The notes beneath the pieces are model-generated. The model was not told where the DNA came from, ran no database searches, and saw only the letters and a program-made list of their open reading frames with translations. 64,000 nt of DNA from a virus. Taxonomy: Duplodnaviria > Caudoviricetes. This document shows positions 58,668 through 64,000 of the stretch, in pieces (position 1 is the first letter of the stretch; the number at the start of each line of letters is the position of its first letter). A program made the position numbers and the translations under genes. The stretch is from positions 1 to 64,000 of the IMG/VR virus record IMGVR_UViG_3300028591_000017; one strand, written 5' to 3'.

Positions 58668-61270
58668 GGATTTACCGTTGGAATATGATACATATCTTTA
58701 CTTACAACCTCCTCTGCATCTATAGACAATATTATGCTTGATACATAATCTGTTATATCAGATATTTGTCCATCTTCATCAATACCATCATATATTGTCC
58801 CTGCTTTTGGAAGTGTAAATAATATCGCGTACACATCACTGTCGTCGCCATCATCTATTATATACGTATTACATTCATCTAATGAAGCTTGTCCGTCAAA
58901 TGTATTTAGCTTATCATTAAGTTGCGCTGTAGTTAGAACTGCAGTTGCATCAAGCGTTACAGTTACATAGCTCAAATCGCTTGATTTTGTTACATCAAGA
59001 GTATCTGGAGTTCCAGTGTTTAATGAAACGTCTGCAACATAGCTCAAATCCTTAACATGAAACTCATCTGTATATGCAGCTATCTCAAATTTATTTCCAC
59101 TAGACACTAGATTTCTATACATACTAGCAGCGTTTCTTGGTATCAAAACAGGCTTAGATAGTACGGTTAATTTGTTATCGAAATCCGTCTCGTTATTAAA
59201 CCCAACTGTATTATTACCATCTGAGATTGATGGCCTGTCATCCCATACGCCAAAATCTGTTCCGTATCCATATTCTATGTAATATTCAAACGTTTGGCCA
59301 ACTGACGATATTTTGTCTCCTCCTGCGATGAATTGCGTTATATTAAGTCTATACACAGAGCCCTTCTTAAATAATGGTAATGCTATTTTATAATAACCAT
59401 TATATGTCTCACCCTGTTCGCCTGGTATAGGTATTGCTGTATATGCAGCAGCACCGAGTGTAGCTATGGATATCAAACTATCTATAACAGATTTCGTCGT
59501 ACCAGTAAGTGTTGATGATACGTGCGTGTAGTCGCCTACCAGATCAAAATGAAATTTTTTATTTTGATGCAACATACCGTAAACTCTATTCGAGCCAGAT
59601 GGGAATACACCGTCAAATGTTAAGTCCTGGGTGCCCCTATACTGTGGAATTCCGATCAAGTCACTGTAACTACCAGTTCTAGCAACCTTAGATAATGTGA
59701 TATATTCTGGGTTGGCTGCATTAGCATGGAACGTCCCAATAGCTGTATATGTTTCAGGAGTTGCATTGTCTACAGATTGTATTGTAAGCTCAGCATTACC
59801 AATGATTGGTTTATTACTTAAATCAGTATACGATCCGCTAGTTGCAACCGTAGCTAAATCAGATTTTTTCGCATAGCTTGATGCGTCAGTTAACTCAGCA
59901 ACTGTTGTTGGAACAAGTATATTTATAGTTTTAGGCGAGCTTTGATCTAATGTAAAATAATTTATCTCAGTACCATTTCTTTGGATTGTAATACGGCTAT
60001 CATTTGCAGCTGCAGGTATAGTAGGCTTATCAATTAAGTCATTGTAGTTGCCAGTCTTTGATATCTTATGTAATCTTATATCATTAGACATAGACTCATC
60101 ACCTGGTCCTGGTGTTACTGCAGTTGAATTATTCGTATGCAATGTACCAGCAGTACCAGTTGCACCTGTACGACCATTGTATACATTAAATGTCTTTGTT
60201 GTCTCATCAGAGAGATGTACTGTAACTACATTTGCTTGACCATCAAATGTACTCTGCTCTACCGTTATATCATCTATGCCAACGCCATCTTGGCCATCTT
60301 GACCATTCTGTCCATTCTGTCCAGCTGCACCAGTAGAACCCTTTGTTCCATTCTTTATAAAGAACGACGAAGATCTACCATCTGTAAGTGTAGCTACTAT
60401 TTTGTTTATTCCGCCGTCCTGCTGTGATGCCTCTACTTGTATTATAGATGCAACGCCAACACCTTGCTGACCTTGCTGTCCATCCTCTCCAACTGGAAGG
60501 TTGAAGGTTCCAAGCAGAACTTCTGGCGTTTGATCTGACCATACACCATACTCCTTATATAATGGTGAGTGTTGCTCTTCCATTAGACCAATCCTACCTA
60601 TACTAACGCCAGGTACACCCTGTATACCGGTAGCTCCAGATAAGTCTGTTATGAACTCATACCGCTGAGTTCCCTTTACGTATAATCTAGCATTCTCTGA
60701 TTGATCTACACTATTGGTTATACATACGAATACACCCATTGGTACATCTGGATTACTATAGTCAGCATCCATCTCTGCCACTGAGTTATATACCTTGTAT
60801 ATTGTAAATGGATCACCCTTCTCACCCTTAGGTCCTCTAATATTCTGCTCATCTGGGTTCTCAAGACCTTTATCGTTGGTCCACGATATCTCACCTCCTA
60901 CACTAACTGTAGGAGTAAATGTAGCACCAGTCTCGCCCTTAACACTTACTGGCTGTGGTGGGTTTTGTCCTTCTGGTGCAATCCATGAGATAACACCTTC
61001 CTGTGATACAGATGGTATAAATACACCACCATCTTCTCCATTCTGACCGTCTTGACCAGATACCAAATCAAAGTTTAATGATAACTTACCATCTCCTTCA
61101 TCGGATATGGTTACATGAGGTTGGTCATCTTCTGACTCCTTTACTGTTCCTATCTGTAGATCTGGAGCAACACCGTCACGGCCATCCTTGCCGTCAACGC
61201 CATCTTTGCCTCCTCCAAACTCTACATTAAGAATATAACCTCTTCCATCAATTATATCTACTGCACTCAT
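58664..61270 (-). CDS. Collagen-like tail fibre protein
   Basis: Several Gly-X-Y runs (GKDGVDGKDGRDG, GPKGEKGD, GSTGAAGQNGQNGQDGQDG) and three L-x-x-(I/V)-x-x-(T/S)G-x-Y-x-DL repeats. Confidence 0.8.
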   Translation of the reverse strand: MSAVDIIDGRGYILNVEFGGGKDGVDGKDGRDGVAPDLQIGTVKESEDDQPHVTISDEGDGKLSLNFDLVSGQDGQNGEDGGVFIPSVSQEGVISWIAPEGQNPPQPVSVKGETGATFTPTVSVGGEISWTNDKGLENPDEQNIRGPKGEKGDPFTIYKVYNSVAEMDADYSNPDVPMGVFVCITNSVDQSENARLYVKGTQRYEFITDLSGATGIQGVPGVSIGRIGLMEEQHSPLYKEYGVWSDQTPEVLLGTFNLPVGEDGQQGQQGVGVASIIQVEASQQDGGINKIVATLTDGRSSSFFIKNGTKGSTGAAGQNGQNGQDGQDGVGIDDITVEQSTFDGQANVVTVHLSDETTKTFNVYNGRTGATGTAGTLHTNNSTAVTPGPGDESMSNDIRLHKISKTGNYNDLIDKPTIPAAANDSRITIQRNGTEINYFTLDQSSPKTINILVPTTVAELTDASSYAKKSDLATVATSGSYTDLSNKPIIGNAELTIQSVDNATPETYTAIGTFHANAANPEYITLSKVARTGSYSDLIGIPQYRGTQDLTFDGVFPSGSNRVYGMLHQNKKFHFDLVGDYTHVSSTLTGTTKSVIDSLISIATLGAAAYTAIPIPGEQGETYNGYYKIALPLFKKGSVYRLNITQFIAGGDKISSVGQTFEYYIEYGYGTDFGVWDDRPSISDGNNTVGFNNETDFDNKLTVLSKPVLIPRNAASMYRNLVSSGNKFEIAAYTDEFHVKDLSYVADVSLNTGTPDTLDVTKSSDLSYVTVTLDATAVLTTAQLNDKLNTFDGQASLDECNTYIIDDGDDSDVYAILFTLPKAGTIYDGIDEDGQISDITDYVSSIILSIDAEEVVSKDMYHIPTVNP

Positions 61271-61275
61271 ATCCT

Positions 61276-62340
61276 TTAATCTCTATAATAACCCCTATCA
61301 TCATCACTAAGATCGCTATTGCCAAATCCGACTACATTGCCGAAGTGGTGTGGACCGTGTGGATGTCTATCATAAAACTCTCTAGGTACATATGTTCCAT
61401 GGTGTCCATGTGGGTGGAAATGTGGTTTATCGTCATTCATCTCCCATGGAGCTATATCAGATTCCTTCTTAATCAAAGCGTCTGACAGCTTAAATGCACG
61501 AGCTCTACCTATGTTGTTAAGCTTGTGGTATTTAACTCCAGTCTTCAATGTACCTTCTATAGCTGCATCTGGATTATCCAACATAGATGTCGCTACACCT
61601 GTTGTTTCCTCTGGATCTGTATATGTAAACGGTAATCTAGCAGATATCTTAAATATCTTCTTACCAGATCTATCGTAATTGTCATTATCTCCAGACGTTT
61701 CGGTCTCCCACTTTCCGTTAGCTTCAAATTCCACGAAGTCACCTTTAATAGCAAATCTTCCGCTAATTGCACCATCACCATATGGGTAACTAGTCTCTTC
61801 TGTTGCGTTAAGGTCTAACTTAGAAAGCTTACCTTTGAACTCACCTGTAACATCATTGAATGTTGCCTCAAAGTTGCAACGATACTCAGGCTCTGTAGTT
61901 GATGTAAACAACACATTTGTAGCTGTAAGCTTATTGGTCTTCTTATCGAATGTAATACCAAGATCAGTCTTTACACCATCTTCAGTACCACCTGTAACAA
62001 CTATATCCTGCTCAGTAAACTCTGTACTAGATACTCTAGCTACATTAGTCTCAACTATATACTGTCCACAAGGCATGAATTCTGTGGTCTTAGAGTCTAT
62101 TATGCATTCATATACATAATCACCCTTATCTGACTGATATGCCTTTACAATTGGAATAAAGCCCTTAAGCTCACGCTTAGATGCTTTTACAACCTTCTTG
62201 AATGGAGCACCTTCATTATAGAAGTACAGCATAAGGTCCTGATAGTTATCAGTGATGTTCTCAAGCTGACCGTCGTTGTCTCTTATTGTAACAAAGAATC
62301 GTATATCCTCTCCTTTGTAAAATCTTTTGTTATCGTACAT
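61276..62340 (-). CDS. Tail-hub/BppU-like virion protein with a His-rich C-terminus
   Basis: N-terminal YKGEDIRFFVTIRD...IDSKTTEFMPCGQY; heads the fibre cluster; C-terminal HFHPHGHH...HPHGPHH. Confidence 0.55.
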   Translation of the reverse strand: MYDNKRFYKGEDIRFFVTIRDNDGQLENITDNYQDLMLYFYNEGAPFKKVVKASKRELKGFIPIVKAYQSDKGDYVYECIIDSKTTEFMPCGQYIVETNVARVSSTEFTEQDIVVTGGTEDGVKTDLGITFDKKTNKLTATNVLFTSTTEPEYRCNFEATFNDVTGEFKGKLSKLDLNATEETSYPYGDGAISGRFAIKGDFVEFEANGKWETETSGDNDNYDRSGKKIFKISARLPFTYTDPEETTGVATSMLDNPDAAIEGTLKTGVKYHKLNNIGRARAFKLSDALIKKESDIAPWEMNDDKPHFHPHGHHGTYVPREFYDRHPHGPHHFGNVVGFGNSDLSDDDRGYYRD

Positions 62341-62361
62341 ATTGTATTAGTATATATACAC

Positions 62362-62392
62362 AAAAGGCGCAGTGGTATATAACCACCACGCC
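62362..62392 (-). terminator. Intrinsic terminator after the auxiliary capsid gene
   Basis: Minus strand GGCGTGGTGGT-TATAT-ACCACTGCGCC-TTTT. Confidence 0.8.
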
Positions 62393-62416
62393 AGTGTGTA
62401 TTAGTTAATATGCTTA

Positions 62417-63397
62417 TTACGCTGTTGGTTTAGAAGACTCATTAGTGTCTGTTATGCCAAATACATCAACTAATTTACCATCTCCAGTCAGTGCGTTAGC
62501 ATCGTGATCGATAAATATAGTAGTCTGCAGTGGAGTAGACTTGATGAACTGGTTGTCTGCAGAACGGTAGTCGTTGTTATAGAGAATATCTACAACATCG
62601 TAAGTCTTACCTTTCTCTACCATCTGAGTACCAGTGAGCTGATTCCAGCGGCAGTCGTTGAAGAACATAGAACCTCTATAGCCAAGAGCTCTCTTCTCGA
62701 TATCTCTAACGACCTTCCAGTATCCAACACCTGCATCAGCAGCAGCTACTGTCTTAGCAGTGTAAGCTGCAACACCGTCGCTAGTGAGGGTTACATCCTG
62801 GATATCGATAGCGTGGAACTCATAGAGAGTGTCAACTTTGTCATCGATAGTGATGTCCTTAGCTGTGAGAGTCAGAACGCCTGCAGCAGATGTAGCTACT
62901 ACTCTAGCGTTACGTCCAGCAGAAGTTGTCTTGCTGTTGATTGCAGCTGCGAATGCATCAGCAAGGTCAGCAGCAGAAGCAGTCTTTGCATAAAGATCGA
63001 AAGACTGAGTAAACTGGATAGGCATCTCCAATACATCGTTGTAAGCAATACGCAGAACGTATCTCTTGCCAATAACTGGAGTACCAATTGTCAAAGTAGC
63101 AACTGAGTTAGCCTTAGCTCTGTAAGCCTCCTGAGTTATGCTCTCAACCTTATCCTTAGTTATCTTGTCTGAAAGATAGAACTCGCCATCAGCGTTAACC
63201 TTTGTACCAACAAAGATTGGCTGACCTGCAGCGAATGCAGTCTTAGCTGCAGTGCTAGCGATGAAGTTCTTCTTAGAATCAAAGAAATACAGAGTGCCCT
63301 CTACAGCGTTTGTAATCTGGGCGTCTCTAGTAGCTCCTGTTGGTACTGCGGCACCGAGCGCCTTGCAAACCAACACTTTTCTTACATGTTTTGCCAT
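62417..63397 (-). CDS. Auxiliary capsid protein (crAss001 gp36-like)
   Basis: 326 aa, Ala/Thr-rich; GVGYWKVVRDIEKRALGYRG and YRSADNQFIKSTPLQTTIF; codon usage typical of highly expressed genes; followed by a terminator; lies after a ring gene. Confidence 0.7.
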   Translation of the reverse strand: MAKHVRKVLVCKALGAAVPTGATRDAQITNAVEGTLYFFDSKKNFIASTAAKTAFAAGQPIFVGTKVNADGEFYLSDKITKDKVESITQEAYRAKANSVATLTIGTPVIGKRYVLRIAYNDVLEMPIQFTQSFDLYAKTASAADLADAFAAAINSKTTSAGRNARVVATSAAGVLTLTAKDITIDDKVDTLYEFHAIDIQDVTLTSDGVAAYTAKTVAAADAGVGYWKVVRDIEKRALGYRGSMFFNDCRWNQLTGTQMVEKGKTYDVVDILYNNDYRSADNQFIKSTPLQTTIFIDHDANALTGDGKLVDVFGITDTNESSKPTA

Positions 63398-63416
63398 AAT
63401 TTAAATATTAATAAAA

Positions 63417-64000
63417 TTACTGTTGCGTTGTTAATAAACTATTAGTTGTTGTCATTCTATCTGTATTGGATATACTCTCCAGAGCCAACGTTACAGCCAT
63501 CATTACGATTTCGTCATGCGCATGTTCTGGTATATAAGTATATTCAGTATCCCATTCTTTAAAGTTGAATACATCTGGTCTCTTGATGTACGTAAATCGT
63601 ACGCTATCAATATCGTAAGTACCGTCCGTTATGTATTCAATATACTCTCTATAGGAGAGCCGTAGAGGCCTTGCATTATTAGCATTAAGATTAAACTCCG
63701 ATAGATAGTCGTTCTTCTTTGTTGTAATGTTGTCATAAGTCGTGTTGATTGGATCAACTAGCTTTGGTATTGGTTTACCAAATGCACATGTTTTACACAT
63801 ATCACCCAATCTTTCACATGGCTTATCACATGGACTCTTTGGCCAGCGTCTATCTGTAGATGTAATAAATACATCTTCTCCGACACCAAACCAGTAGTCC
63901 TCTGGCCTGTACACAAAGTAGTCAGTGCCTTCAACTTTTTTAGGTTCAACAACCTTAGTTTGTAAAGTATTTCTAAGGTCCGCATCTCTCTTTTCAGATG
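63417..64000 (-). CDS. Tail ring protein (R3-like), 5'-truncated by the window edge
   Basis: The frame stays open to the window end (SEKRDADLRN...YFVYRPEDYW); motifs ARPLRL, TYIKRP and PEHAHDEIVMMAV. Confidence 0.75.
   Translation of the reverse strand, partial: SEKRDADLRNTLQTKVVEPKKVEGTDYFVYRPEDYWFGVGEDVFITSTDRRWPKSPCDKPCERLGDMCKTCAFGKPIPKLVDPINTTYDNITTKKNDYLSEFNLNANNARPLRLSYREYIEYITDGTYDIDSVRFTYIKRPDVFNFKEWDTEYTYIPEHAHDEIVMMAVTLALESISNTDRMTTTNSLLTTQQ

Noticed and set aside
11122-63106. Numerous + strand ORFs of 60-250 aa opposite the structural genes, and - strand ORFs opposite the early genes
   Set aside because: These are antisense shadows with Ser/Leu/Ile/Phe-rich translations, fully nested in well-supported genes.
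1-64000. Stop-codon reassignment (TAG or TGA), known in some Crassvirales
   Set aside because: ORFs of 2123-5698 aa are intact in the standard code, all three stops end genes at sensible boundaries, and no canonical suppressor tRNA is seen.

Overview
A 64-kb segment of a crAss-like bacteriophage (order Crassvirales, probably infecting a Bacteroidota host), read in the standard genetic code. The + strand (1-10592) carries early/middle functions: the end of the primase, a MoxR-type AAA+/vWA pair, small hypothetical and membrane genes, a non-coding block (two atypical tRNA-like genes, a ~460-nt highly base-paired RNA candidate and tRNA-Arg(CCT)), a PD-(D/E)XK exonuclease, a ThyX-DUF3310 fusion and an ECF-sigma-like protein. 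Two Bacteroidota-type promoters lie in this arm. After a bidirectional terminator at ~10590, the - strand carries the virion module in crAss001-like order: ring protein, auxiliary capsid protein, hub-like and collagen-like fibre genes, a lysis cassette, ring proteins, the muzzle, two cargo proteins, a 5698-aa virion RNA polymerase (DFDID motif) and a 3103-aa polyvalent protein. The most notable observations are (i) the tRNA-flanked, pseudoknotted large ncRNA candidate next to two tRNA-like genes with aberrant anticodon arms, (ii) a procollagen-glycosyltransferase (PLOD-GT)-like gene embedded among Gly-X-Y fibre genes, (iii) an ADP-ribosyltransferase/LPD23/zincin cassette at the N-terminus of a putative ejected protein, and (iv) the ThyX-nucleotide-kinase-like fusion. 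All assignments come from manual motif recognition and gene order; no database searches were run.
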